From Actinomycetota bacterium (lineage in GTDB: Bacteria > Actinomycetota > Actinomycetes > Actinomycetales > Microbacteriaceae), in NCBI GenBank assembly GCA_046049745.1, contig JBJOQU010000136.1, positions 1 through 34,237 of the forward strand: a stretch of DNA of 34,237 nt. The letters are read 5' to 3'. Shown piece by piece: positions 10,033 through 20,061 of the stretch; the stretch's first letter is position 1; each line of letters opens with the position of its first letter. The position numbers were made by a program, and so were the translations under genes. The notes under the pieces are model-generated. The model did not search any database. It had not been told where the DNA came from and saw only the letters and a program-made list of their open reading frames with translations.

Positions 10033-11330
10033 CCTCCATCCTTATTCGCGGCGCACACAGATTGGGCGCCGACGCAGGCGACATCCTCGTCTCGGACGGT
10101 ATTATCACCGAGGTTGGCAAGGTGTCGGGAAAGGCGGACCGAACGATTGACGCGGCGGGGCTCGTCGCACTGCCTGGTCTCGTCGATCTGCACACCCATC
10201 TGCGCGAACCCGGCGGTGAAGGCGCCGAGACGATTCGCTCTGGATCACGAGCAGCGGCGGCGGGTGGTTTCACCGCAGTCCATGCCATGGCGAACACGTC
10301 ACCTGTCGCCGATACCGCCACCGTCGTCGAACGAGTATTTGACCGAGGCATCGAAGCTGGATACGTCGAAGTACGACCGATCGGTGCGGTCACGCGAAAC
10401 CTCGAGGGTGAGCAACTCGCTGACATTGGCGCCATGGCATCGAGTCGAGCGCGCGTCACGGTTTTCTCGGACGATGGCAAATGTGTCGGCGACTCACTTC
10501 TGATGCGTCGCGCTCTCGAATACGTGGCAACCTTCGGTGGCGTCATCGCTCAACACGCGCAGGACCCGCGACTGACGCTTGGTTCGCAGATGAACGAAGG
10601 CCGTGTGTCTGCTGAACTCGGTTTGGGCGGTTGGCCTCGCGTCGCCGAAGATTCGATTATCGCCCGTGACGTACTGTTAGCCGAGTCTGTAGGGGCACGA
10701 CTGCACGTGTGCCACCTGTCGACCGCGGGAGCTGTCGACGTAGTTCGTTGGGCAAAGAAACGCGGCATTCAGGTCACGGCCGAGGTCACGCCTCATCACT
10801 TGCTGTTGACCGACGAGGCGGTGCGCGGCTACTCACCTCTGTTCAAAGTGAACCCGCCACTTCGAACCGCCGAAGACGTTGAGGCAGTCCGCGTTGGTGT
10901 CGCGGATGGAACCATCGACATCGTTGCGACGGACCACGCACCACATTCGGCCGCGACCAAGGACTGCACGTGGTCCGACGCCGCGTTCGGCATGGTTGGG
11001 CTGGAATCGGCGTTGTCGATCGTGCAGTCGACACTGGTTGACACCGGTCACATCACCTGGTCAGACGCCGCGCGATTGTTATCCGTCACACCCGCCGAAA
11101 TCGGTCGGGTCGCCGGCTACGACGCACCCCTGACGGTTGGCGCACGGGCCAACATCACACTCGTAGACCCTGCTCACCGCGGAATATGGGGGACCGACAG
11201 ACTCGCGGGCGGATCAAGGAATACTCCGTTCTCAGGAATCGAACTTCCCGGTCGAGTCATGTCAACGATTTTCCGCGGTACTGAAACAGTGATCGACGGC
11301 GCTGTCGTCGACGAGGTAAGGACATCATGA
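10029..11330 (+). CDS. pyrC: Dihydroorotase
   Basis: [41 protein letters not shown]. Start GTG 10029 (GTGA overlap); the ORF-track extension from 9630 lies inside pyrB. Confidence 0.97.
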   Translation: MTSILIRGAHRLGADAGDILVSDGIITEVGKVSGKADRTIDAAGLVALPGLVDLHTHLREPGGEGAETIRSGSRAAAAGGFTAVHAMANTSPVADTATVVERVFDRGIEAGYVEVRPIGAVTRNLEGEQLADIGAMASSRARVTVFSDDGKCVGDSLLMRRALEYVATFGGVIAQHAQDPRLTLGSQMNEGRVSAELGLGGWPRVAEDSIIARDVLLAESVGARLHVCHLSTAGAVDVVRWAKKRGIQVTAEVTPHHLLLTDEAVRGYSPLFKVNPPLRTAEDVEAVRVGVADGTIDIVATDHAPHSAATKDCTWSDAAFGMVGLESALSIVQSTLVDTGHITWSDAARLLSVTPAEIGRVAGYDAPLTVGARANITLVDPAHRGIWGTDRLAGGSRNTPFSGIELPGRVMSTIFRGTETVIDGAVVDEVRTS

Positions 11331-12445
11331 GCCACACAACAACACTCGTGCTTGAAGACGGTCGTCGCTTCGATGGACACGCATACGGTGCGACCGGAGA
11401 AACGGTCGGTGAAATCGTCTTCCAGACTGGAATGAGCGGCTACCAAGAGACCTTGACCGACCCGTCATATGCAGGGCAGATTGTCGTCCAAACCGCTCCG
11501 CATATCGGAAACACCGGAATGAACGACGAGGACGAAGAGTCGCGACGTATTTGGGTCGAGGGCTACATCGTGCGCGACCCCGCCCGTGTTCCTTCCAACT
11601 TCAGGTCACAGCGCACGCTGACGGACGACCTCGTCCAACAGGGCGTCGTCGGCATTTCAGGAATCGATACCCGAGCCCTCACGCGCATTATTCGCGAATC
11701 AGGTTCGATGCGTGCTGGAATCTTCCCCATCGACGGCCGTTCGACAGAAGACTATGTCGCCGCGGTGACCGCTGCACCCGAAATGTCGGGGCTCAACTTG
11801 TCCGCGAACGTTTCGGTTGATGCGACGTACGTGATTCCCGCGGAAGGAAAATCGCTCGGCGCTCTCGCAGTTCTCGATCTCGGTGTCAAGCAAGCGACCT
11901 TGGGTCACCTCGCCGCCCGCGGGTTCGATGTCCACGTCATTCCACAATCAGCCTCGTTAGACGACATTCTCGCGATCAACCCCGTTGCCGTGTTCTATTC
12001 GAACGGCCCCGGCGACCCCAGTGCTTCGACCCGTCACGTGGAAATATTGCGCGGCGTGCTGGAGCGCAAGATTCCGTTCTTCGGAATCTGTTTCGGCAAT
12101 CAGTTGCTGGGCCGCGCACTCGGTTTTGGCACTTACAAACTCAAGTACGGTCACCGTGGCATCAACCAGCCGGTTCTGGATAAAGAGACTGGGCGTATCG
12201 AGATCACGGCCCACAACCACGGCTTTGCCGTCGATGCTCCGGTTGAGGGCATCGTCGACTCGCCAGCTGGGTTCGGTCGAGTTGAGGTGAGCCACGTTGG
12301 ACTTAACGACCAGTGCGTCGAAGGTCTTCGCGCTCTCGACGTTCCAGCGTTCTCTGTGCAGTACCACCCAGAGGCAGCCGCCGGTCCACACGATTCCACC
12401 TACTTGTTCGACCGATTCCGCGACCTCGTCGCCCAGGGGAAGTAA
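11327..12445 (+). CDS. carA: Carbamoyl-phosphate synthase small (glutaminase) subunit
   Basis: [18 protein letters not shown], catalytic GICFG, HNHGFAV, VQYHPEA. Confidence 0.99.
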   Translation: MSHTTTLVLEDGRRFDGHAYGATGETVGEIVFQTGMSGYQETLTDPSYAGQIVVQTAPHIGNTGMNDEDEESRRIWVEGYIVRDPARVPSNFRSQRTLTDDLVQQGVVGISGIDTRALTRIIRESGSMRAGIFPIDGRSTEDYVAAVTAAPEMSGLNLSANVSVDATYVIPAEGKSLGALAVLDLGVKQATLGHLAARGFDVHVIPQSASLDDILAINPVAVFYSNGPGDPSASTRHVEILRGVLERKIPFFGICFGNQLLGRALGFGTYKLKYGHRGINQPVLDKETGRIEITAHNHGFAVDAPVEGIVDSPAGFGRVEVSHVGLNDQCVEGLRALDVPAFSVQYHPEAAAGPHDSTYLFDRFRDLVAQGK

Positions 12446-12448
12446 ATC

Positions 12449-15400
12449 ATGCCCAAGCGTTCAGATATCAACTCCGTCCTCGTCATTGGGTCTGGCCCGA
12501 TTGTTATCGGTCAGGCGGCCGAATTCGACTACTCAGGAACCCAGGCGTGCCGTGTGCTTCGCGAAGAGGGAATCCGCGTGATTCTGATCAACTCGAATCC
12601 CGCGACGATCATGACTGACCCCGATTTCGCCGATGCGACGTACGTCGAACCGATCACCACCGAAGTCATCGAAGCAATCATCGCCAAAGAAAAGCCCGAC
12701 GCCATCTTGCCGACGCTTGGAGGCCAAACGGCACTCAATGCCGCCATGGCACTTCACGAGGCAGGGATTCTCACCAAGTACAACGTCGAACTCATCGGTG
12801 CGAAATTCGAAGCCATTCAACGCGGTGAGGACCGTCAAATATTCAAGGACCTGGTCTTGGCAAGTGGTGCGGACGTCGCCAAGTCGGTTGTCGTCAATTC
12901 AATTGACGGTGCACTCGAATTCATCAAGGAAACCGGCTACCCGGTCGTCATCCGCCCGTCGTTCACGATGGGAGGGCTTGGTTCAGGCTTCGCTTACGAC
13001 GAGCCCGAATTGCGTCGAATGGTCTCGAACGGCCTTCACGAGAGTCCCACCAGCGAGGTGCTGCTCGAAGAGTCGATTCTGGGGTGGAAGGAATACGAAC
13101 TCGAACTTATGCGCGACACGGCGGACAACACCGTCGTCGTGTGTTCGATTGAAAACGTCGACCCGGTGGGCGTCCACACCGGTGACTCGATTACAGTTGC
13201 GCCCGCGCTGACGCTGACGGACCGTGAGTATCAAAATCTTCGTGACATCGGAATCAACATCATTCGTCTGGTTGGTGTTGACACCGGTGGGTGCAACATT
13301 CAGTTCGCTATTGATCCAGCGGATGGCCGCGTCATCGTCATCGAGATGAATCCGCGTGTCAGTCGCTCGAGCGCGCTCGCGTCAAAGGCGACTGGTTTTC
13401 CCATCGCGAAAATCGCCGCGAAACTCGCAATCGGATACCGACTCGACGAAATTCCCAACGACATCACTGGGGTTACGCCAGCCTCGTTCGAACCGACCCT
13501 CGACTACATCGTCGTGAAAGCGCCACGTTTCGCCTTCGAGAAGTTCCCTGAAGCGGACACCACTCTGACGACCACGATGAAGAGTGTTGGCGAGGCAATG
13601 GCGATCGGGCGCAATTTCACTACTGCCCTCCAAAAGTCCCTGCGTTCCCTTGAGAAGCGGGGGAGTTCATTCCACTGGGACGGCGAACCGGGCGACGCAA
13701 AGGTCTTGACGCAACTCTCGATTCGCCCGACGGACGGTCGCATCGTCACTGTTCAGCAGGCTCTTCGCGCAGGCGCAACAGTCGCCGAAGTGTTCGACGC
13801 GACAGGCATCGACCCGTGGTTCCTCGACCAAATTGTCCTCATCAACGAGGTTGCCGCAGCGACGGCCACCGCACCGTTTGACCTTGATGCTCTGCGAGAG
13901 GCCAAGTATCACGGCTTCAGCGACGTTCAGATCGCGTCGCTGTGGAACTCTAGCGAAGACCTTGTGCGCGGTTATCGTCGTGAGAACGGTCTTCGACCGG
14001 TCTTCAAGACTGTCGACACTTGCGCGGGAGAATTTCCCGCGCTGACGCCGTATCACTATTCGTCCTACGACCGTGAAACAGAGGTCATCCCGTCCGACCG
14101 CAAGAAGGTGGTCATCATTGGCTCTGGCCCGAACCGTATCGGTCAGGGAATCGAGTTCGACTATTCCTGTGTTCATGCCTCGTTCGCGTTGGCAGATGCC
14201 GGGTACGAGACGATCATGATCAATTGCAACCCCGAGACAGTGTCGACCGACTATGACACGTCCGATCGACTGTATTTCGAGCCCCTGACGCTTGAAGACG
14301 TTCTCGAGGTCATCGATGCGGAAGCGGCTAGTGGCGAAATCATCGGTGCGGTCGTGCAGTTGGGCGGCCAAACCGCTCTGGGACTTGCCCACGGCCTCGA
14401 ACAGAACGGGGTTCCCATTCTGGGAACCAGCCCTGACGCGATTGATATCGCCGAGGAACGTGGCCGTTTCGCTGAAATCCTTGACCAGTACGGGTTGGTT
14501 GCGCCACGTAACGGAACCGCGACGGACGTTGATTCGGCTGTCGCGATTGCCGAAGAGATTGGTTACCCGGTTCTCGTTCGCCCGTCGTACGTTCTCGGCG
14601 GACGTGGCATGGAAATCATCTATGACTCACCCTCCGTCCGCGATTATTTCGTTCGCATTGCAGACCAAGCGATTATCGGACCCAATGCTCCGCTCTTGGT
14701 TGACCGTTTCCTCGAGGACGCTATTGAGATTGATGTCGACGCCCTATACGACGGAACGCGCCTGTACATCGGCGGAATCATGGAGCACATCGAGGAAGCG
14801 GGCGTCCACTCGGGGGATTCTGCCTGCACGCTCCCTCCCGTGACGCTCGGTCGCACGGTCATCGAACGCGTGACGGCCGCAACTGAATCGATCGCGAAGG
14901 GAATCGGAGTCGTCGGTCTTCTCAACGTTCAGTTCGCCGTGTCTGCCGGGGTGCTCTACGTCCTTGAAGCCAATCCGCGAGCGAGTCGTACCGTGCCGTT
15001 CGTCTCGAAAGCAATGGGAACTCAGTTGGCGAAAGCCGCATCGTTGCTTATGGTCGGCGAATCGATTGAATCGCTCATCGCAGCTGGGCACTTACCCGAA
15101 CACGATGGGACCCACGTGCCGCGCTTCGCGCCGGTTGCCGTCAAGGAAGCAGTCCTTCCGTTCAAGAGGTTCCGTACGACCGAGGGTCGGGTCGTCGACG
15201 CTGTTCTCGGACCGGAGATGCGGTCTACTGGCGAGGTGATGGGAATCGACCGTAATTTCCCCATTGCGTTCCGCAAGAGTCAGCAGGCCGCATACGGCGG
15301 GCTGCCGCAAGGCGGCACGGTCTTCGTTTCCGTCGCCGACCGCGACAAGCGTTCCATTGTGCTTCCCGTCCAACGTTTGAGCCAATTGGGCTTCCGCGTC

Positions 15401-15727
15401 CTCGCGACTGAGGGAACCGCCGACATTCTCGACCGAAACGGGATTCCCGTGGAAATCGTGTCAAAGCACTCGCAGGTAGAGACCGGACAGCGCAGTATCG
15501 TCGACATGATTCGAGCCGGCGAAGTCGATTTCATCATCAACACGCCTTCGGGAAGCAGTGCGCGCGCAGATGGCATGGAGATCCGCCGTGAAGCTGTCGC
15601 CGCCGATAAGGCTCTCGTGACGACAATTGCCCAAGTGTCGGCTGCAGTCGCGTCCTTGGACCTCGGCGATGAGGCACTTCGCGTCACAAGCCTTCAGGAG
15701 TATGCCGCCGAGCGTGCAACGTGGTGA
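12449..15727 (+). CDS. carB: Carbamoyl-phosphate synthase large subunit
   Basis: MPKR...[17 protein letters not shown], two ATP-grasp halves (RPSFTMGG; RPSYVLGG), [11 protein letters not shown]-terminal MGS-like domain. Confidence 0.99.
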   Translation: MPKRSDINSVLVIGSGPIVIGQAAEFDYSGTQACRVLREEGIRVILINSNPATIMTDPDFADATYVEPITTEVIEAIIAKEKPDAILPTLGGQTALNAAMALHEAGILTKYNVELIGAKFEAIQRGEDRQIFKDLVLASGADVAKSVVVNSIDGALEFIKETGYPVVIRPSFTMGGLGSGFAYDEPELRRMVSNGLHESPTSEVLLEESILGWKEYELELMRDTADNTVVVCSIENVDPVGVHTGDSITVAPALTLTDREYQNLRDIGINIIRLVGVDTGGCNIQFAIDPADGRVIVIEMNPRVSRSSALASKATGFPIAKIAAKLAIGYRLDEIPNDITGVTPASFEPTLDYIVVKAPRFAFEKFPEADTTLTTTMKSVGEAMAIGRNFTTALQKSLRSLEKRGSSFHWDGEPGDAKVLTQLSIRPTDGRIVTVQQALRAGATVAEVFDATGIDPWFLDQIVLINEVAAATATAPFDLDALREAKYHGFSDVQIASLWNSSEDLVRGYRRENGLRPVFKTVDTCAGEFPALTPYHYSSYDRETEVIPSDRKKVVIIGSGPNRIGQGIEFDYSCVHASFALADAGYETIMINCNPETVSTDYDTSDRLYFEPLTLEDVLEVIDAEAASGEIIGAVVQLGGQTALGLAHGLEQNGVPILGTSPDAIDIAEERGRFAEILDQYGLVAPRNGTATDVDSAVAIAEEIGYPVLVRPSYVLGGRGMEIIYDSPSVRDYFVRIADQAIIGPNAPLLVDRFLEDAIEIDVDALYDGTRLYIGGIMEHIEEAGVHSGDSACTLPPVTLGRTVIERVTAATESIAKGIGVVGLLNVQFAVSAGVLYVLEANPRASRTVPFVSKAMGTQLAKAASLLMVGESIESLIAAGHLPEHDGTHVPRFAPVAVKEAVLPFKRFRTTEGRVVDAVLGPEMRSTGEVMGIDRNFPIAFRKSQQAAYGGLPQGGTVFVSVADRDKRSIVLPVQRLSQLGFRVLATEGTADILDRNGIPVEIVSKHSQVETGQRSIVDMIRAGEVDFIINTPSGSSARADGMEIRREAVAADKALVTTIAQVSAAVASLDLGDEALRVTSLQEYAAERATW

Positions 15728-16533
15728 TGGGCCTAGGAGCGCGATTTCGCGACATCGTCGAGTCCTCTGGGCCCTTGTGCGTGGGCATCGACCCTTCTGC
15801 TGACATTTTGAGTCGTTGGGGACTCACAGACTCAGCTGCCGGAGCTCTAGACCTCTCGCGAGCCGTGATCGATGCCGCGTCAGGGCGAGTCGGAATTGTC
15901 AAGCCACAGGTGGCGTTTTTCGAGCGCTTCGGCGCTGCCGGTTTCATGGCTCTCGAAACTGCTATCAGCGAAGCTCGTCAAGCGGGCCTCGCGGTCATCG
16001 CCGATGCAAAGCGCGGAGACATCGGATCAACAATGGACGCGTATGCAACTGCATGGCTCTCCGAGGGGCCACTTAGGTCCGATGCCCTTACTGCAAGCCC
16101 TTTTCAGGGCTTTGACGCACTTGAACCCGCTTTTGACCTGGCCGATGTGACGGGTTCGACGGTGTTTGTGCTCTGTGCCACCTCGAACCCCGATTCCACA
16201 GCAATCCAATCGGCGTCCGTCAACGGACATACGCTGCCCAGCACCATCGCTGCATTGGCACGAGCCCGCAACCATCGTGGAAACGCCGTCGGTCTCGTTG
16301 TCGGCGCGACCAGAACACTCGAGGCGTCCGGTCTGACCGTGGGTGACATCGACGGCACTCTCGTCCTCGCACCAGGTTTTGGTGCACAAGGTGCGCAACT
16401 CAACGACCTCAACACCCTTTTCGGTGCCGCCTCTTCCTGGGTGATTCCGTCAGTCAGCCGTTCGGTTCTCGGTGCCGGGGCGGCGGGTATTGGGACCGCG
16501 ATTGACGCACATAGACGAGAATTGGGTCTATGA
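15727..16533 (+). CDS. pyrF: Orotidine-5'-phosphate decarboxylase
   Basis: LCVGIDP, KPQVAFFERFG, DAKRGDIGST, ATSNP, LAPGFGAQG. Start at ATG 15727 (TGATG overlap); GTG 15721 or 15724 possible. Confidence 0.97.
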   Translation: MGLGARFRDIVESSGPLCVGIDPSADILSRWGLTDSAAGALDLSRAVIDAASGRVGIVKPQVAFFERFGAAGFMALETAISEARQAGLAVIADAKRGDIGSTMDAYATAWLSEGPLRSDALTASPFQGFDALEPAFDLADVTGSTVFVLCATSNPDSTAIQSASVNGHTLPSTIAALARARNHRGNAVGLVVGATRTLEASGLTVGDIDGTLVLAPGFGAQGAQLNDLNTLFGAASSWVIPSVSRSVLGAGAAGIGTAIDAHRRELGL

Positions 16534-17408
16534 GAGACCCGCGTGAAGCGTCTGCGATTGCCGTCGCAAATCGCCGCGCCCGCGCAGATATAAAGTCCTC
16601 GATCGCCGATGGCTCCGCTGACCCCCTCGCGATCGCCCGCACCGCCTGGGACGACAATTCATCTTCGGAAGCGTCGCTTCGAATGAACGAGTTTCTCGAG
16701 GCAATTCGGGGTATCGGACCAACAAAGGTCGATCGGATTTTGGCAGAACTGAGGATTCACCCTCGAAAACGCCTTGGCTTTCTTGGGGTTCGACAGATTT
16801 CGTCGTTAGGCCAGTGGCTGCGGCAACGCCCGAACCACAACGGGACACCAGAATCGTCCGGCAAATTGATTGTCGTTGCTGGGCCGACAGCGGTCGGCAA
16901 AGGAACGGTCGTAGCGCGAATTCGGCAGCGTCACCCCGAGGTCAAGTTCAGCGTCAGCGCGACCACTCGTGACCCCCGCCCGAGCGAAATCGATGGCGTG
17001 CATTATTACTTTGTGTCCGAGGACCAATTCGACGAATTGGTCGCGTCACGACAGATGCTTGAATGGGCTCTCGTCCACGGTCAAAATCGTTACGGAACAC
17101 CACGTCAACCCATCGATTCCGCCCTCGCGGCGGGGGAGAGCATCATTCTCGAAATCGATATCCAGGGCGCTCGTCAGGTCAAGACTGCAATGCCCGAGGC
17201 TGTGTTGGTCTTCCTGTTGCCGCCCACATGGGACGAACTGGTTCGCCGCTTGACCACACGTGGCACGGAGAGCCCCGACGAACAGGCGCGCCGACTCGAG
17301 ACCGCAAAGGTGGAGTTTGAGGCGCAAAGTGAGTTCGATGTGACGATTGTCAACGACGATGTCGATACAGCTGCGGAAGCCGTCGTATCATTGATGAGTA
17401 TCGGTTAA
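16530..17408 (+). CDS. gmk: Fusion of an N-terminal actinobacterial IHF (mIHF/sIHF-like, H2TH) domain and C-terminal guanylate kinase
   Basis: aa ~1-100: A..RRARA.IK...G, LEAIRGIGPTK...IL.EL.I...KRLGFLGVRQ (mIHF signature). aa ~112-292: GPTAVGKGT, SVSATTR.PRP.E.DG.HY.F, YGTP, LEIDIQGA, FL.PP...EL..RL..RGTE. One uninterrupted frame. Confidence 0.93.
   Translation: MRDPREASAIAVANRRARADIKSSIADGSADPLAIARTAWDDNSSSEASLRMNEFLEAIRGIGPTKVDRILAELRIHPRKRLGFLGVRQISSLGQWLRQRPNHNGTPESSGKLIVVAGPTAVGKGTVVARIRQRHPEVKFSVSATTRDPRPSEIDGVHYYFVSEDQFDELVASRQMLEWALVHGQNRYGTPRQPIDSALAAGESIILEIDIQGARQVKTAMPEAVLVFLLPPTWDELVRRLTTRGTESPDEQARRLETAKVEFEAQSEFDVTIVNDDVDTAAEAVVSLMSIG
17386..17391 (+). promoter_or_regulatory. 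Putative -10 element (TATCAT) for rpoZ, inside the gmk 3' end
   Basis: TANNNT close to TATAAT, 33 nt upstream of the rpoZ ATG, which has SD GAAAGG. Confidence 0.4.
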
Positions 17409-17423
17409 CGCGAAAGGTTACGC

Positions 17424-17672
17424 ATGCGCACGAACAAGGGAATTATCGATCCCCCCATTGACGAACTTCTCGACAAGGTGGACTCGAAGTACCAGCTCGT
17501 CATTGTTGCCGCAAAGCGCGCGCGCCAGATCAACGACTACTACCAGGAACGCGCTGAGGGAACTGTTATCACCGCAGGTCCGCTCGTTGAGTCGACCATC
17601 GACGAGAAGCCGTTGACCATCGCGATGCGCGAGATCAACGAGGGCCTCGTGGAGCTCGACGCTTCCAAGTAG
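17424..17672 (+). CDS. rpoZ: RNA polymerase omega subunit
   Basis: [11 protein letters not shown]...[31 protein letters not shown]. Confidence 0.98.
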   Translation: MRTNKGIIDPPIDELLDKVDSKYQLVIVAAKRARQINDYYQERAEGTVITAGPLVESTIDEKPLTIAMREINEGLVELDASK

Positions 17673-17673
17673 C

Positions 17674-18873
17674 ATGACCGGACAGCACCCACGCGTTGTC
17701 GTGGGATTGACCGGCGGGATTGCCGCCTACAAGGCCGTCTCGGTCATTCGTTCTCTCGTTGAGCGTGGCTGCGATGTCCACGTGATTCCTACCGAGTCCG
17801 CTTTGAATTTCGTTGGTCGTGCGACCCTTGAAGCCGTGAGCCGTAACCCCGTTCACGACTCTCTGTTCGATGGGGTCGCTGAGGTTCGTCACGTTGCCTT
17901 GGGCCAGGCGGCAGACGTGATTCTCGTTGCACCAGCGACAGCAAATTCACTATCTGCATTGGCTGAGGGACGAGCAGATTCGCTCCTATTGACGACGATT
18001 CTGGCGTCAACGGCACCGCTGGTCATTGCTCCCGCGATGCACACTGAGATGTGGGAGAACGCGTCGACGCAGGCAAACGTGAACACATTGTCGAGTCGTG
18101 GAGTCCGGTTCGTGGGACCGTTCGTGGGTCGCCTGACTGGAGCAGATTCAGGCGTCGGACGTTTTGCCGAACCAGAGGACGTTGTTGACGCCGTCTTCGC
18201 CGCAATAGGGCCGCGCGACTTTGTCGACACTTCGGTACTGATCACCGCAGGCGGCACACGGGAGCCGATTGATCCAGTCCGTTACATCGGCAATCGGTCA
18301 ACAGGTGCGATGGGCGTCGCCCTTGCGGAAAACGCACGCGACCGTGGTGCACGCGTCACCCTGATTGCCGCACACCTCGAAGTTCCCGTTCCTCGTGGAA
18401 TCACCGTGATGCACGTCGACACTGCCGCCGCTCTGCGGAATGCGGTGATGGCCGAAATTGAGTCAACAGATGTCTTTGTCTCCGCAGCAGCAGTGAGCGA
18501 CTACCGCGTCGCTGTCCCATCGCCACAGAAGCTAAAGAAAAAGGCAGGCGCACCCGTTATTGAACTGGTGGAGAACCCGGACGTTCTCGCTGAAGTGAGC
18601 AGGGTGCGTGGACCACGGATCATCGTCGGGTTTGCGGCGGAGACGGACACCGCCGGATTCGAGGCAGAACTCGCGCGCAAGGCGACATCCAAAGGCGTCG
18701 ACCTACTCGTGGGCAACATCGTTGGTGAGTCAGAAGGTTTTGGGAATAACGAAACCGCTATCGTTCTTGTAAATAGAGAAGGTGTGCGAATCGACAGCGT
18801 CAGCGGTAGCAAGTCGCACGTTGCGTCACACATCCTCGACCATGTCAGCCGACAGAAAGATGCTTCACGATGA
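17674..18873 (+). CDS. coaBC: Bifunctional phosphopantothenoylcysteine decarboxylase / phosphopantothenate--cysteine ligase
   Basis: [59 protein letters not shown]. Confidence 0.98.
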   Translation: MTGQHPRVVVGLTGGIAAYKAVSVIRSLVERGCDVHVIPTESALNFVGRATLEAVSRNPVHDSLFDGVAEVRHVALGQAADVILVAPATANSLSALAEGRADSLLLTTILASTAPLVIAPAMHTEMWENASTQANVNTLSSRGVRFVGPFVGRLTGADSGVGRFAEPEDVVDAVFAAIGPRDFVDTSVLITAGGTREPIDPVRYIGNRSTGAMGVALAENARDRGARVTLIAAHLEVPVPRGITVMHVDTAAALRNAVMAEIESTDVFVSAAAVSDYRVAVPSPQKLKKKAGAPVIELVENPDVLAEVSRVRGPRIIVGFAAETDTAGFEAELARKATSKGVDLLVGNIVGESEGFGNNETAIVLVNREGVRIDSVSGSKSHVASHILDHVSRQKDASR

Positions 18874-20057
18874 GTCTGCGCTACTTCACCAGTGAATCAG
18901 TGACCAGCGGTCACCCCGACAAACTGTGCGACCAGCTGTCCGATGCGATTCTTGATGCGATTCTCGAGCAAGATTCGTCGGCCAAGGTTGCCGTTGAGTG
19001 CCTTGCTTCTGGTGGTCTGATTCACGTCGCCGGTGAGGTCCGCACCGAAGGTTACGTCGATATCGATCGAATCGTGCGCAAGACGATTGTCGGGATCGGT
19101 TACGACTCGGCGGATGTCGATTTCGATGGAAACACTTGCGGAATCATGATGTCAATCGCCGAACAATCGCCAGAAATCAACCGTGCCGTCGATAAGGACG
19201 ATGTCGATTCGCAGGGCGCAGGCGATCAGGGGATCATGTTTGGGTATGCGACAAACGAGACCGTCGAGTTCATGCCGGCTCCCATTTACCTCGCGCATCG
19301 GATAGCCGAGCGCCTGGAAACGGTTCGACGCGACGGCGTCCTGGCCTATCTGCGTCCTGATGGCAAGACGCAAGTCACCGTTGCATATGACGGCACGACA
19401 CCAACCGCGGTGGATACCGTCGTTGTGTCAACCCAACACGCTCCGACCGTGGACGGTCAGCACCTGACACACGCACGCATAGAAGCGGATGTTCGCGAGC
19501 ACGTCATCGACCCTGTGCTGGGCGACTCAGAACTTGATTTCACCACGGTTCGATACATCATCAATCCCTCTGGTTCTTTCGAACACGGTGGACCTGGTTC
19601 CGACGCCGGTCTTACCGGTCGAAAAATTATCGTCGACACCTACGGAGGAGCGGCCCGGCACGGCGGAGGAGCTTTCTCGGGCAAAGATCCGTCGAAGGTT
19701 GACCGTTCGGGCGCATACGCAATGCGCTGGGTCGCAAAGAATGCCGTCGCGGCTGGACTTGCCGATCGACTCGAGGTCCAGATTGCGTACGCAATTGGAA
19801 TCGCCGAGCCCGTCGGGCTTTACGTGGAGACGTTTGGAACTGAAAAGTTTTCGCTCGACGACATCACCACAGTGTTGACCGACGAATTCGATTTGCGCCC
19901 GGCAGCCATAACCCGTGACCTCGAGCTCCTTAGTGCGGTTCGCTATCAGGACACCGCCGCTTATGGCCACTTCGGTCGCACAGGCCCCTCGTTCACCTGG
20001 GAGCGTCTCGACCGTGTCGACTCGCTCCGCGCGCGCATCACCGCACTACAGAAATAG
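18870..20057 (+). CDS. metK: S-adenosylmethionine synthetase
   Basis: [62 protein letters not shown]. Confidence 0.99.
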   Translation: MSLRYFTSESVTSGHPDKLCDQLSDAILDAILEQDSSAKVAVECLASGGLIHVAGEVRTEGYVDIDRIVRKTIVGIGYDSADVDFDGNTCGIMMSIAEQSPEINRAVDKDDVDSQGAGDQGIMFGYATNETVEFMPAPIYLAHRIAERLETVRRDGVLAYLRPDGKTQVTVAYDGTTPTAVDTVVVSTQHAPTVDGQHLTHARIEADVREHVIDPVLGDSELDFTTVRYIINPSGSFEHGGPGSDAGLTGRKIIVDTYGGAARHGGGAFSGKDPSKVDRSGAYAMRWVAKNAVAAGLADRLEVQIAYAIGIAEPVGLYVETFGTEKFSLDDITTVLTDEFDLRPAAITRDLELLSAVRYQDTAAYGHFGRTGPSFTWERLDRVDSLRARITALQK

Positions 20058-20061
20058 CACC

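Noticed and set aside
12449-15727. Internal similarity between the two halves of carB
   Set aside because: Well-known ancient duplication of the CPS large subunit.
18840-18873. Possible SAM riboswitch before metK
   Set aside because: metK overlaps coaBC (ATGA); no leader space and no SAM-riboswitch-like motif seen.
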